From positions 4,278,001-4,342,000 of the forward strand of contig NC_090364.1 of the NCBI RefSeq assembly GCF_035084215.1: a DNA stretch of 64,000 nucleotides. The letters run 5' to 3'. The DNA comes from Heptranchias perlo (lineage: Eukaryota). Within the stretch, counting starts at the first letter, position 1, and every line of letters begins with the position of its first letter. A program made the position numbers and the translations under genes. The notes beneath the pieces were generated by a model. It was not told the DNA's origin. It saw only the letters and a program-made list of their open reading frames with translations, and ran no database searches. Of this stretch, positions 13,156 through 30,100 are shown one piece after another.

Positions 13156-16100
13156 TCAATGCAGGCTGTGCTTGTCAAACAGGTACACTCCCATGCCATT
13201 CTCAGGGGCTCCCAGTCTCTTCAGGTTGGTGATGTGATCTCCAAGCTTCTTGATCATCTTCACTTGTTCATCCAAGTAGTGGGTCTCCAGGAAGTCACAC
13301 AACTGGAAGAGAGAAACTAGTGAGTGCAATTAACTCAAACATGTCAAGTGAGGATCATCTCCATCAGAAGTTATTCCTGCTAATTTCCTGGACTGGAATA
13401 ATGGTAAAATTAGTGCACTTGTGGGATTGGCACATTTAGCTAGACAAGACCAAACCAAGATTATCCCACAAATAGCAAGTCATCAATTCCATTAAACAGG
13501 AGAGATCTCATTTGATGCCTCATATCAAGTCCCCTGGGGGTAGGTGAATGAACCAGGTCTGGAGTAAATAGCCTTTTGCAGAATAGCTGAAACACAAACC
13601 TATGGACTTCAAGGGTTAAGTTATGAGGAGAGATTACACAAATTGGGGTTGTATTCTCTAGCATTTAGAAGGTTAAGGGGTGATCTGATACGATATTAAG
13701 GGGGAACAGATAGGGTGGATAGAGAGAAACTATTTACACTGGTTGGGGATTCTAGGAGTAGGGGTTAGTCTAAAAATTAGAGCCAGACCTTTCAGGAGTG
13801 AGATTAGAAAACATTTCTACACACAAAGGGTGGTAGAAGTTTGGAACTCTCTTCTGCAAACAGCAGTTGATACTAGCTCAATTTAAATCTGAGATCGATA
13901 GCTTTTTGGCAACCAAAGGTATTAAGGGATATGGGCCAAAGGCAGGTATATGGAGTTAGATCACAGATCAGCCATGATCTTATCAAATGGCAGAGCAGGC
14001 ACAAGGGGCTGAATGACCTACACCTGTTCCTATGTTCAACTCATCTGAAACATTAGGAACTTACATGAGGGTCTGTCCTCTCCTTGGAGAGTTTGTGCAG
14101 ATCCAGAAGACTCTGGTTCACATCCTTCTCCATGTGCAGGGCTCTCTGCATTGCCTCCAGACCATTGCTCCACTCATCCTGCTCTGGCTTCTGAAAAGGA
14201 AGGTGTTGTCTTGTTAGCACATTCAGCTGAAATGGAAGTTGAAAGTCCAAGGGATGTTATGCGCAGGGACAACAGGATTAGAAGCAACAGAAAAGTTAGT
14301 GTGCATGTCAAGGTTAGGAACATGACAAAAGATTGGGGAGTCAATCACTGGGATGACATTAGAGGCCATTGCTGGATACCAGGAGCCAGCAAGTCCATTG
14401 ACTGCTATTTTACCAGCTGTAGCAGCTCTAAACCCAATTAGCCACCTTTTTTGCCATAACTCTGAATATACTCCATGTAGCTATCTCTCCCTTTTAAATA
14501 CCTCAATTGACAGCATCTATGGATTTCTACAGTAGACTCCCACATTCTATTTAATAGTCTCCTCCCCAGTCACCAACTTAGCTCAAATGCAAGGATTATC
14601 CTCATGTCCTTATTTACAAAGTCAATTCTAAGACAGCTTCATTAGATCATTAACTGCCTTTGTTCTTGAAGATGATAATCAGTGAAGCTTTGATTGAGAC
14701 CAGGTTTATTGGTTAAGGTCAGTGCACTTGAAGTGGGGCACAAAAAACTGGAACACAGTCTTTGTGCACTGACCAGCACTAATTGCAATGCAATTTCTGG
14801 CTCATTCTACATAGGTCAGCATTCCATTTGCCTTGAAGTGCCTTTTGCACTGCCAAACTACTTTTAAAACTAACATGTAGCTGGATCCTCGAGTCACTAA
14901 AAATCTACCCACCTCCAAGATTCTTCCATGGTACTGGGAAGAATCTGCCACACCATGGCAGTTAATTATTGAAGATAACAGAAGACTATGTTTGACTTTA
15001 GGATTACTGACAAGCTTTGTTCTGCTCTCTGCCAAAATATAGGCAGTTTATCCAAGAGGGGCTAGCACCTCAATGAAAAAGGGAAAGATTCTTTTTTTTT
15101 TTAAAAGGGGGCAATCTTGCTGCTTGACAATATTACTTAAACACCAATTCTTCCTCTGATCGCCACACCAGTTTCCTATCTGCTAGAATTTTTCTACCAG
15201 TTCCATTTTCCACCTCACTAACTCTCCCCCAACACCAGCAATTTCTCATTAATCTCACTTGCTTTTAACAACTTAAGGGTGTAATGGTAAGAGACCAAAC
15301 TATTTAAAATAGTGACAATTTTAAGCTACCAAAAGGTGCATGACAGAAGACCCCCTCCTTAGTTTAAATCTAACCTGGACATCCTCCAAGATGATTCGGC
15401 CTCCACGCTGATTCTGGAATTTCAGCAGTTTCTCAGCGTGCTCCCGTTCCTCATGTGACTGCTCCTTGAAGAACTCAGCAAAGTGACGCAGGGCAACATC
15501 ATCCCGGTCAAAGTAATAGGACTGTAGGTAGAGATAAAATGGAAAAGAAGAGACAGGTCAGACCTAGATCTCATACATGCCCAGCTCAAAAATGATGGTA
15601 ACATCATAGATAAATTACCCAGTCTGCTATCAATTAAAGGGACTCACAGTTTAAGAAAGATTTTCTTGCAAGTCAAACTCAATTTGCTTCATTGATCTTG
15701 TCTGAATATCTACCCTCCCTGAAAAGTAGCTCAACTGGACAAGAAGTTTGTATTAGAAGAAAACATTAGGGAACTATAATGCTTTTTAAGATTAAAGCTT
15801 CATTTCAGCACTCACCCAACACCAAGGGCAACTTATCAGCAACACCCACTTGTTACATGTTGACAGTCTAAAATCAGTTAAGCAAGAGCAGAATCTTCCA
15901 ATTTCAAAAATTTAACATCTTGAACCACTGTTAGTGTAACGATCCAGCCTCTGAGGAAAACTTCAGCACAACAGGATTCACTCAATTAGAAAAGGGAAAA
16001 AAAAACTGGCTAGAACCAGCCACTGTTCCATTAACTCAGCAAATTTAAATTGATTCCATCCAAGTTGCAAGTTAACCAGGTTTATGCAACTTCAAGATAA

Positions 16101-16455
16101 ATCCTGTATTAGAAATTTCATGGAACCCTTGAGCCAGCTTCAGATTTAAAATTAATCAGAACAGGATAGAAGAATCTGTTAATGAGACCTTCTACAAGAT
16201 CACGGTTAAGAATATTCACTAGATTGAGGCTGGGGAGGTCACAGAGATACACTCTGAAGCCAATTCATTAGCCTAGAGAAATTCTACCTGCTTAGAATAC
16301 AATGACATCACAGCCTTAATTTTGAAACAGTACCTCAAAAATACAAAACTCACCATAGAGAGATAAACATAGGAGGAATAGAGCTCCATATTGATCTGCT
16401 TGTTGACACCATCCTCACACTCCTTGTGATAGTTCTGACACACTTGGGAGGCCAT
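13156..16455 (-). CDS. fth1: Ferritin H/M-type subunit, copy 3 (173 aa); exons 16354-16455, 15375-15521, 14065-14190, 13156-13302
   Basis: Intact exons, GT-AG junctions, ends FDKHSLH*. Confidence 0.93.
13605..14036 (+). mobile_element. CR1-type (HER1-like) LINE 3' fragment in intron 3 of copy 3
   Basis: Typical CR1 3' region: ttatgaggagagatta...tttagaaggttaaggggtgatct...cacacaaagggtggtagaagtttggaactctct...gatcagccatgatct...aggggctgaatgacctacacctgttcctatgttc; absent from the paralogous introns. Confidence 0.8.
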
Positions 16456-18610
16456 CTTAACTTTTACTATTAGCAGAAACCACACTTCAAACACCACTAC
16501 AAAAAATCACCTAACCTCTTCCCTCACAAGCTCTTGTATTTATACTACTGGGACAGCCTGCCTTTGAACAGGGTATGACATCACCAATGATGATTGACAA
16601 TCCCTGACAACCACTCAGGAATCGTCCATGAATCCAGGCACCAATTAACAAAGGACGGGTGGGGGATGATTCCCAGAACCAATCAGAGCTTTGGAATACA
16701 GGCAGGATTGGATGATTATTCTGTGATGTCATTGCTGTTGGTTTCTTTGACTTTCCTCAAAAAAAAAATCTGATAACATCTCTGTTCCCAGAATCAGAGC
16801 TTCACAACATATCTCAAAGAGATCGATGAGTTTACAAATGGAAATTCCATCCTGTAGATGGTGTCGAGCACATCAGTTCTAAGTTAACTCATCTCTTGGA
16901 TAATTGATGGGCATCTTGGTGGGTTCAGAAAAAATCCATTATACCCAGATTCGCAATGTTGATCAGCACAATAGATTGAAGGCGACTGACCTTCACCAGA
17001 CAGTCCGCAGTGAGTCCGCAAAAAAAAGGACAACGAGTTGGGGAAATGGAAAGTGGATCAGTTGGGAGCTTCAAACAGAACTCTGTTGCTCCATCACTGT
17101 AAAGGGCGATGTGGAGTTTTATCCCCATGAAATTTAGAAACTTTAACGTCAAGTGTTTAGTTTGCACTGTTTATTCATCTCCTGCAAATCTCGTGTCTGT
17201 TGTGACGAAAGTTTTTATATCTGACATGTCAACTGTCTTGTATTTTCTAGACCAATGTTGTCTGACCTGAGTATCTCCAGTATTTTGTTCCTATCCTGTT
17301 GTATCTCTGGTCCAACTATCAGGCATTGAATAGAAGGACCACAAAGCCTCAAGAACAGAGAAGAATGAATTACAGAAAAAATTAACCCCGAAGCAGGCTG
17401 GCCGGCCGGCCGAGCCAGTTGTGTTGTTTATCCTCCACATAAGCAGTAGTCCTAATCCCACGGGCCTGTCCTGTTTCCAAACCATGGCATCTAATTTTGC
17501 TTATGCAGGCATCCTCTGTCCCCTGCCAGTCAAGCCAATATTTAATTTGTCAGTAATGTAACCATGTATAACAGCTCACCTTAACTGCTACCTAGGTCCT
17601 TGAGACTATTTAGTGGCCTTATGAATTTTGGATGTGTTTCATTTCTCATTGCTTCAGGGAAACTCAAAAATCAGCACACACTGTGTGTTAAGAGCAATCT
17701 TTTTGCATAAATTGTGATTAGAAAAATACCAAGTGCCATCAAACACATTGTACAGCAACTATTTGATTACAATTAACTGGCGGATCTTTCAGTTAGTGGC
17801 CCTCTAATCAAAAGAAACTGAACAATTTGTCAAGAATCATTTGCTTTAGTGTCAGTTATACCAGTTCTGATTACCCAACACCAACAAACTCCAAACAGGA
17901 CACACTGCAGTTTGATGGTTTACTCAGTCACAAAGAATAGGTCAGTGCTGCCCTCGGAGGAAACTTTAAGACAATCTGCCAAAGGAAGACTGTAGGCTGG
18001 TCAATACTATACAGGCCACAACTCTTTAGCAACCCAGTGAGTGACTTGTGGCATCAGATTAATGCCAAGGCACCTCAATTACAGGTATCCCTCACCTGTG
18101 CCTTGTCCTGATAGATACAAGTTTGAAGCAAATGATATTCATTCTCCAGCCTGAAGAGTGTTATTACTGAGGACACTAATTCAGCCCCCAGCTTCATTTC
18201 AAACCACAACATTTCACTGACATGGTATGAAAAACCCCTTTTGAGCAGGAACTGTTACTGAGATTACAGTTGCAGAAATTGTGTATTTCAGGCATCCCCT
18301 ATAAGCTTTTCAGTTACAATTTGGAGATGTGAGCACAGCCATCCTGGACAGGCACTGAGTCAAGTTTAGGAAGCTGGACCAGGAGGGACTTAATATCTTC
18401 AGGCATGTAACTTGGATCATATGTTACTCAGCTGGGTGTTGTGCAGTGGAGATCAGAAGAATCAGGTCAGCACCTTAATTATACAACAAAGACAAAGCAG
18501 TTCAATGATGAATAGCTTTTATTTCCATGTACAATGAGTTAGATCAGAAAACTGGGAATTAACCACAATCAAAGCATTCACCACCATTTTCACCAAGTAT
18601 AGAATCCCAA

Positions 18611-21677
<3,067 letters not shown>

Positions 21678-21876
21678 CTTAACTTTTCCTGTTAACAGAG
21701 ATTACTCTTCAAACACCACTACAGGAACAACCTAACCTCTTCCCTCACAAGCTCTTGTATTTATACTACTGGGACAGCCTGCAGTTAAACAGGGTATGAC
21801 ATCACCAATGATGATTGACAATCCCTGATAGCCACTCAGGAATCTTCCATGAATCCAGGCACCAATTAACAAAGGA

Positions 21877-21996
21877 ATCACTGTATTTTGGTTTGTTTTG
21901 TCTTAAATAAAACACACCCTACTGCCCCCGCCCCCTCTTAAAAGAGGGGGGGGGGCCTAAAACAAAAAAAACTCAATAAAAACAAATTTTAAAAAA
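21877..21996 (+). mobile_element. Tx1-clade 3'UTR-only insertion in copy-4 promoter (duplicated at 37758-37877)
   Basis: GT-rich tract + cccctcttaaaagagggg hairpin + A-rich tail; TSD aattaacaaagg at 21864-21875 and 21995-22006. Confidence 0.82.
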
Positions 21997-23214
21997 TTAA
22001 CAAAGGGCAGGGGGTGGGGGGGTGATTCTCAGAGTCAATCAGAGCTTTGGAATACAGGCAGGATTGGAGGATTATTCTGTGATGTGATTGCTGTTGGTTT
22101 CTTTGACTTTCCTCAAACTGAATCTGATAACATCTCTGTTCCCAGAATCAGAGCTTCGCAACATATCTCAAAGAGATCGATGTGTTTACAAATGGAAATC
22201 CCATCTCGTAGATGGGGTCCAGCACAATTGGTTCTCAGTTAACCTGTCTCTTGGACAATTGATGGGAATCTTGGTGTGTCCAGAAAGAGTCCGTTATACC
22301 CAGATTCACAATGCTGATCACCACAATAGATTGAAGGAGACTGACCTTCACCAGACAGTCCGCAGTGAGTCCGCAAACCAACCGACAACGAGTCGGGGAA
22401 ATGGAAAGTGGATCAGTTGGGATCGTCAAACAGAATTCTGTTGCTCCATCACTGTAAAATGCGATGTGGAGTTTTATCTTCATGACCTTTAAGAGCTGTT
22501 AAGTCTAGAATTTACTTTGCACTGTTCATTCATCTCCTACAAACCTCCAATCTGTTGTGAGGAAAAGTTTTATACCTGAAATGTCAACTATCTCGCATTT
22601 TCTCAAGCGATATTGCCTGACCAGATTGTAGTATCATCAGTATTATGTTCCTATCCTGTTGTAACTCTGGTCGAACAACCAGACATTGAATAGAAGGACC
22701 ACAAAGCCTCAAGAACAGAGAAGAGTGAATTACATAAAACTTACACCAAAACAGGCAGTTAGGTCCAACCAGTTCATGTTGTTTATCCTCCACACAAGTA
22801 GTCCTAATCCCATGTGCCTGCCCTGTTACCAAACCATGGTATCTAGTCTTACTCATATAGGCATCCTCCATCCCCTGCCAGTCAAGCCAATATTTAATTT
22901 GTAGATAGTGTAATCATGTATAACAGCTCACCTTGTCTGCTACCTTCGCCCATGAAAGAATATTTATTGGGCTTATGTGCCTCAGTACTTCATTCACTCA
23001 AGGTGAACTATTTTTAAACACCATTACTAGGTGTATTTAATTTCTCATGACTTCAGGAAAACTCAAAAATCACTACTATTTGTAGGTTAAGGGCAGTCTT
23101 TTTTGTACAAGTTGTGGTAATTAGAAAAATACTAAGTGAAGTATAGATTATAATGTACATCAAATATTGAATTTCAATTAACTTGTGAATTCCTATAACA
23201 GTTAGTGGTGCTAT

Positions 23215-23350
23215 AAGGGCCTGTTTCCATGTTGTAACTTCTATGATTCTATTGCAGGCAATTGGGACTAGCTTAGTGGTATAAACTGGGCGACATGGAC
23301 ATGTTGGGCCGAAGGGCCTGTTTCCATGTTGTAACTTCTATGATTCTATA
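23215..23350 (+). mobile_element. Short CR1/HE1-type 3' tails, two in tandem (duplicated at 39096-39231)
   Basis: aagggcctgtttccatgttgtaacttctatgattctat occurs twice; second preceded by catggacatgttgggccg, a typical shark CR1 terminus. Confidence 0.65.
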
Positions 23351-24175
23351 ATCAAAAGTGATTAAGTCATTGGGAGATATACAGGAATCAATCAATCATT
23401 TATACCAGTCCTGATTACCCACCACCAACAAACTCCAAACCAGACAGACAGCAGTTTGATGTTTCTGCAGACTGGTGGGTTACTTAATTCCAGAACATTG
23501 CTAAGTATTGCCCTAGAGGAGAGAATGTTAAACAAAAGACTGCCTGCTCAAAGGAAGACACTAAGGTGGTTAATACTGTACAACACTTCAGTAATCCAGA
23601 GTGATGTGTGGCATGAGACTAATGCTAAAGTACCTCAATTGTAATTTCCCCCACTGACAGAAACAAGTCTGAAGCAGGTTGTAAAGCTGATGCACTTCCT
23701 TCTCCAGACTGGACAGTTATTACTGAAGACACTACAATGGGGAACAGGGGCCCTGAATTATTGTTTCAAAGCTTTGCAACATGCTGACATATGTAATGAA
23801 AACTGGAATTGTTACTGAGATCACAGTTGCAGAAATTGTGTATTTCCAAAATCCCCAATAAGCCTCTCAGTGAGGAGATGTGAGCACAGCCATCCTGGGC
23901 AGTACAGAATCAATTTTAGGAAGCTGGACCAGGAGGGGCTTATGTATTTGAAAAGTTCTAACTTGATCACTAGTTACTCAGCTGGGTGTCATGCAATGGG
24001 GATCTTGGTGATCAGATCAGCCACTCAATTATACAAAACAGACAAAGCAGTATAAAGATAAAGTTTTTATTTCTATGTACAGCAACAATGAGATGAGAAA
24101 AGTGGAAATTCACCACCAGAATTTAGTCACACTTCATTTTCACCAAGTATAGAATGAATGGTTATAGAACCCCAG

Positions 24176-27100
24176 TCAATGCAGGCTGTGCTTGTCAAAC
24201 AGGTACACTCCCATGCCATTCTCAGGGGCTCCCAGTCTCTTCAGGTTGGTGATGTGATCTCCAAGCTTCTTGATCATCTTCACTTGTTCATCCAAGTAGT
24301 GGGTCTCCAGGAAGTCACACAACTGGAAGAGAGAAACTAGTGAGTGTAGTTTGCTCAAACATGTCAAGGTGAGGATCATCTCCAGAAGTGACATTATTCT
24401 TGCTAATTTCCTGGACTAGAATAATGGTAAAAGTAGTGCACTTGGGGGGGATTCATACATTTAGCCAGACAAGACCAAGATTACCCCACAAATGGAAAGT
24501 CTGCTATTGTATTAAACTAGAAATCACCTTCAGTTCCATTTTGGTACCTTAGATATCAAGAGCCCTGGGAGTAGTTTAGTGAAACAAACCTATGAAAAAC
24601 CACCAATTTATAAGTGGCAGATTCCAATTCCACCCTCAACTAATTTGAAACTTACATGAGGGTCAGTGCTCTCCTTGGACAGTCTGTGCAGATCCAGCAG
24701 ACTCTGGTTCACATGCTTCTCCATCTGCAGAGCTCTCTGCATCACCTCCAGACCATTGCTCCACTCATCCTGCTCTGGCTTCTGAAAAAAAGGGAAGAGT
24801 TGTCTTGTCAGCACACCTACAATGGAAGCTGAAAGTCCAAGCACTGTTATTCTCAAGAACAGCAGGGTTAGAAGCAATGGACATTAATCGTGCACCTGAA
24901 GAATAGGAATACAAGGAAGGATTGTGGAGTCAATAACTGGGATGACATTGGAGGCCATTGCTGGATACTAGGAGCCGATCAGTCCATTGACTGCCATTTT
25001 AAACTTGCAGCTCTAATCCCAATTCCCACCTTTTTCCCATAACCCTAAACACCCTCCAAGTAGTTATGCATCCCTTTTGAAATAGGGAATTGGCTTTGCA
25101 TCTATGGCTTTCTAGATTAGAAAGCACTGTCAACTTGAAGCTTGTAACTATTTTTGCACTTGCAAACTAGTTTAAAAGTTGCATGTACTTGGATCCTCAA
25201 GTTGCTTTTTAAATATGTTCACACCTCCCCTCAAAAATCCTTCCTTTAGAAGGTTCTGCAATCTGCCATTCTTGTATTGTACTGGGAAGCAGTACAAACA
25301 TCTACCAATGCCATTTAGTGGTGAATTGGAGGAAAACAAGACTATGTCTTACTTTAGAGTTACTGACCAGCCTTGATCAACTCTTCCAAATATAAAAAAG
25401 TGTTTCTCCTGGAGTGGTTAGGGCCTGAACAAAAGGGCATGAGGGTGGTTACAAGGAGTGTGAACTTACTAGTTGACAATATTCCTTTAACCCCATTTCT
25501 TCCTCTGATCTCCACACCAGTTTCCTATTAATGTTACAATTTTTCTTCCAGTTCCTTGCCCCACAAAGATTTAGTTAGCAATTTGTGCAGAAACTCATCT
25601 TTCTGAACATCCACATACATTGATCCTCCTATATCCACTAGCTCAGTGACCCAAAGAACATCAACTCACCCTAATCACTTATACCTTTCCAAGTCCTCAC
25701 TTATTCTTGCCCAATACTAACTATTTTACTCAATCTCACTTGCTTTTAAGAACTTTTGGGTGTAATGGCAAGATATCAAACTATTTAAAATAATGAGGAA
25801 ACTTTTTAAGCTACCCAAGATTCATGACATTAAATCTAACCTTGACGTCCTCCAAGATGATTCGGCCCCCACGCTGATTCTGGAATTTCAGCAGTTTCTC
25901 AGCGTGCTCCCGTTCCTCATGTGACTGCTCCTTGAAGAACTCAGCAAAGTGACGCAGGGCAACATCATCCCGGTCAAAGTAATAGGACTGTGGGGAAAGA
26001 CAAAAATGGGAAGAGTCAGGTCAGGCCTAAATCTCATCCATGGCCAGCTCAAAATGATAGTAACATCATGGTAGATAAATTACCCATTTGCTGACTCAAT
26101 ACTTCGTTTTCAATTAAGGGGCACAGTTTCTAAACAAAAAGTGTTTTCCTTGCAAGTCAAACTCAATTTGATTCATTGATCTTCTAAAAATGTTGAAAAT
26201 CCCTCCATGAAGTAACCAAGAGTTCATTAGAAGAAGGACACATTATGGAGCAATAGGGCTTTTTGGATTAAAGTTTCATTTCAGCAATCAAACTACACTT
26301 TAGCTCAACTTATCAGTGGCATCTACTTCAGTTCCCAGATAGAAGTCTAAAATTAGTGCAGGGAAGAGAGCAAAAGGTTTCAAATTCAGTAGTTTAACAA
26401 CTTCAAACACTTGGGGCTCGATTTTAGCGTCAGGTTTCCTGCGGGTTTCCAGCAGGGGGGGGCCCCGAAAATCCCGATATTCAGTCACGTGACCGGATCA
26501 CGCCGAGATCCCAGCCACTTCCGGGTGCCGCGCAGGCCCCGCTGGTGGGAATCCCGCAGGCAATTAAAGCCAGCGGGGTTCCACTTGAGTGTACTTACCT
26601 TGCTTGTTGAGGTCATTAAATGAGCTGAAGCAGCTGTCAAAACAGGAAGTGTGGGATTTTAGCTTCAACGCAGTGTGTTTCACACACTGGTAGAAGCAGT
26701 CTCCCTTCAACCGGTCGTGTTCCAGCCAGCAGCCTGTGGCAGCTGCCAAAGGTGCACTCCACAGCGGGTGGGAGAGCCCTCACCCACGCAGGAGGCCACC
26801 GCGTCACGTAGGGCAACCCCTGCCCTCCACCACCCCCGCCAAGCCAGAGGACAGACCGACGTGAAACCGCAGCCCCAGTGCGAGGAACCACCTACCTAGC
26901 CTGCACAACCCCTCAGACCAACACCTGCCAGATGGGTGGTGCGTTGACATCCTCGGAGGACGAACAGCATGACCAGCCCCAGCAGCCTCGCAGTCCACCT
27001 CGGAGACGTGGAGCCCCCCAACACGGTGCTGCGGCACACCCACCTGCACAGCAGGAGGGAGGGCAACCGCAGAGAGAGATGCGTCGCAGGAGGCACTACC

Positions 27101-30100
27101 CTCCGCACAGGGTGTACAGACCGAGGCTCCCCTACACACGTGGCTCATGACGCCTCTGAGGAACCCCATCACCGAGCCGGAGCGTCGGTACAATGACAGC
27201 CACACTGCTACCAGGTCTACAATTGAGCAGACCATAGGGCTGCTCAAGATGCGCTTCGGGTGCCTTGATCGTTCTGGGGGAGCGCTCCAATACACACCAT
27301 TCAGAGTGGGACGAATCATAGTTGTCTGCTGTGCCCTGCATAACATGGCACTACAGAGAGGGGTGCCGCTGGAGGAGGCCCAATCCACACCCGCCACCCA
27401 CGTTGAGGACGGCGATGAGGAGGAGGAGGACGCGGATGCGCCAGAGGATGGTGGACGACCCATGCGCCGAACCACGACTCACCGGGATGCTCGCCGGGCC
27501 AGGGAGGCACTCATACGTCAACGGTTCTCCTAGAGTCAGACAGTGCAAGGCGCCCACATCTCCACACCTGCGAGGGGCCATACCAGCCCCCTCCACTGAA
27601 GACTGTTGCCAGTACTCCTGCACCCACAGCAGTGTGCCCAATGGGTGGCAGCAGGTGTTCGCCGTCATGATGGCCTGCACGGAACGCACCTATTGCACAG
27701 GCCGCGGAAGAATGGACGAGAGGTGGCAGGAGTGGTGAGAATATAGTATTTAATATGTACAATGTGAGATAATATAAACAAAAAGTGTACAAATTAATAG
27801 ACACCCTGGTGCATTCCCTTTGTGCTTATAACGCCTTTGGATTTATTTTGCGGGTACCCCTACGTGGTGCTACCCCTGTGGCTCCAGCAGAGGTAGTGGC
27901 AGGTTGCTCCTGTTCTCGCCCTGACCGGGTAGATGCTTTGGGCGGACGGCCCCTGGGTTTCGGTGCCCGTGAGGGCACCTCCACAGACTGCTCCTCCTGC
28001 ACCGGGGCAGGGGCAGACTCGGCCACCTGGAGAGGAGGCACCATTGCGGGTACTGGTTGAGGGGGGGCAACGGGTGGGACGTGGGGGCGCCTTGAGAAGC
28101 GTCCCCGCTTCCATGTCCCCGGTCACCATCATCCCTCTCGTGGCCTCGGCCCACATCACCCCGTCCACCCTGCTGGACGGCAGTTTGGATGGCATGTGTG
28201 AGGCCTTGCAAGGCCACCTAGTGTATCCGTCAGCCTGTTTATGGCGGCGGAATGTTGCTCACCCTGAATCCGTACAGCCGTTGTCAGGGCCTGCACGGAC
28301 TCGATGTGGAGCTGTGCGTGACGCTCGAGGGAGGCCAGCCTGTCCTCCACCGCAGACATTCCTGCGACACTGTCGCTGGTACCCTCCTGTACCTGCGCCA
28401 CCAATGCCCTCATGCAGGAGTTGGACTCCTCCATCGCCTGCGCAATTGTGGACAATGCACGCGGCACCTCTCCCAGTACCTCAGCAATTAGCTGGTGCCC
28501 CTCGACAACTCTCCTTTTCACTGGTGGCCCCCTGGGTTCAGCATCTGGGTCCGGCTGAGCAGAGCCTGGAGATGAGTGCTCCCACCGACGCAGACCCTCC
28601 GCGGCTGCCCCTGCCACCAGGGTCTGCTCATGCTCACTCGTGCGCGGTGAATCACCAAGTGCTACCCCAACTAGTTGGCGAGGGGGACCCACCGAGGTGC
28701 GTGTCTCTGCGCTGGTGGATGGTTGGCTCAGATGTGACGATGCACCCTCAGAGACCGGCATATCCTCTGAGGAATCGCCCTCCTCAATCGCAGCGCTCGC
28801 AGACGGCCCTGCAAGAGAACAGAGGGCACTATGAGGCATGTGCACCAACGTTACGGTGCGCCTGATGGCAGGTGATGATACGGTCACTCGCGATCATGGG
28901 TGTTGAGTGTCAGCTTTCCCTTACCGGCCGTTTCTGCAGCGACAGACTCGCCATCTGCGACCGACAGGCAATGTGGTGTGCGGGCGAGGTCGAGCGCCTC
29001 CACCTCTGCGTCTGCGTCGGTGAGGTCTACCAGGTGCGGCGGGCCACCTCCGGTGCGTGCCCTTTCCCTGTGGCTCTTGCTCCTCTTCTCCCGTCAAGGC
29101 AAAACACAGATGCGTGAGTGGGTGCGTATTGCATAGTGAGACGCATCGAGCATCGGTGTGGGTGGGTTGAGCGTGGGGCAGATGGATGGGAGGATGCGTG
29201 TGCCACATGCTCATCCCATTGCATAGGGATTGGGGTGTGTGGTAGTGTTCGGGTGGGGACAGGGACGGTGGGTACTTGCGGGCACGGCGAGGATGGTGAG
29301 TGAGTGGCTGTGAGGATTGCTGCGGGAGCGCTGTGTTGGCTCTGCAGGAGGGGTTGTGATCTGTTTGGCGTGATGGTGGGGACGGGTTGTGGGAGGGTGC
29401 GTTAGTGTACTCACCTTGCCGGACCTAGTGAGGTAATTGAACCGCTTGCGGCACTGCTCCCATGTCCTTGGGGTGTTGGCCCTGCTGCTGACCTCCGCCG
29501 CCACCTCTGCCCATGCCTTCCTGGTGGCGGCAGCAGGGCACTTGCGTCCATCCGCAGGGAAGAGCGTGTCCCTCCTCCTCCTCACGCCCTCCAGCGTCAG
29601 CTGAGGCGCAAGGTCTGAAAAACGTGGCGCAGCCTTTCCCCTCGGGTGAGCCATCATCTGTAGCCTACTGATTGCAGCAGGAGGGGCTTTGGGAGACTGC
29701 CCCTTTAAGTGGAGCTCCTACATCGCGTCGACGCAGCTGGGGAGCGGAGAACCCGGAAGCAGGGCTTAACCAGGTCAATTATCCCACGATCGCACGGGGG
29801 ACGCACGCAATTAGCCGTCCGCGTTTTCCACGCTCCCGGAGGACCACCTGCTGGGAACCCGCAGGCCTGCTAAAATCAAGCCCTTAGTGTCACCTCAGTG
29901 AGGAAAACTTCAGCACAACAGGAGTATAAGTATGTCAGTCAATTAGAAAGGGGAGGGGAAGAAAGCCAGAACCAGCCAATGTTCCACTAACTAGTCACCC
30001 AAATCTAATTTCCCCCCACCAAGTTGCAAAAGTCAAACAGGTTTATGAATCCTCAAGATGAATTCTCTATTACAAACTTAATGGAACCCTTGAGTTAACA

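Larger units (their letters stand above)
26414..29883 (+). mobile_element. PIF/Harbinger DNA transposon, internally deleted, in ferritin intron 1
   Basis: TIRs gggctcgattttagc / gctaaaatcaagccc with extended subterminal match (cctgcgggtt.ccagcagg); 3-bp flanks TTG/TTA; convergent transposase and Myb/SANT genes; GC-rich versus AT-rich host intron. Confidence 0.92.

Noticed and set aside
22088-22492. 134-aa ORF in the conserved upstream block
   Set aside because: Non-ATG start, no recognisable domain, and frame not preserved among paralogous blocks.
27933-28865. 310-aa plus-strand ORF and many overlapping ORFs inside Harbinger/Tx1
   Set aside because: By-products of high GC content, antisense or out of frame to real TE genes.
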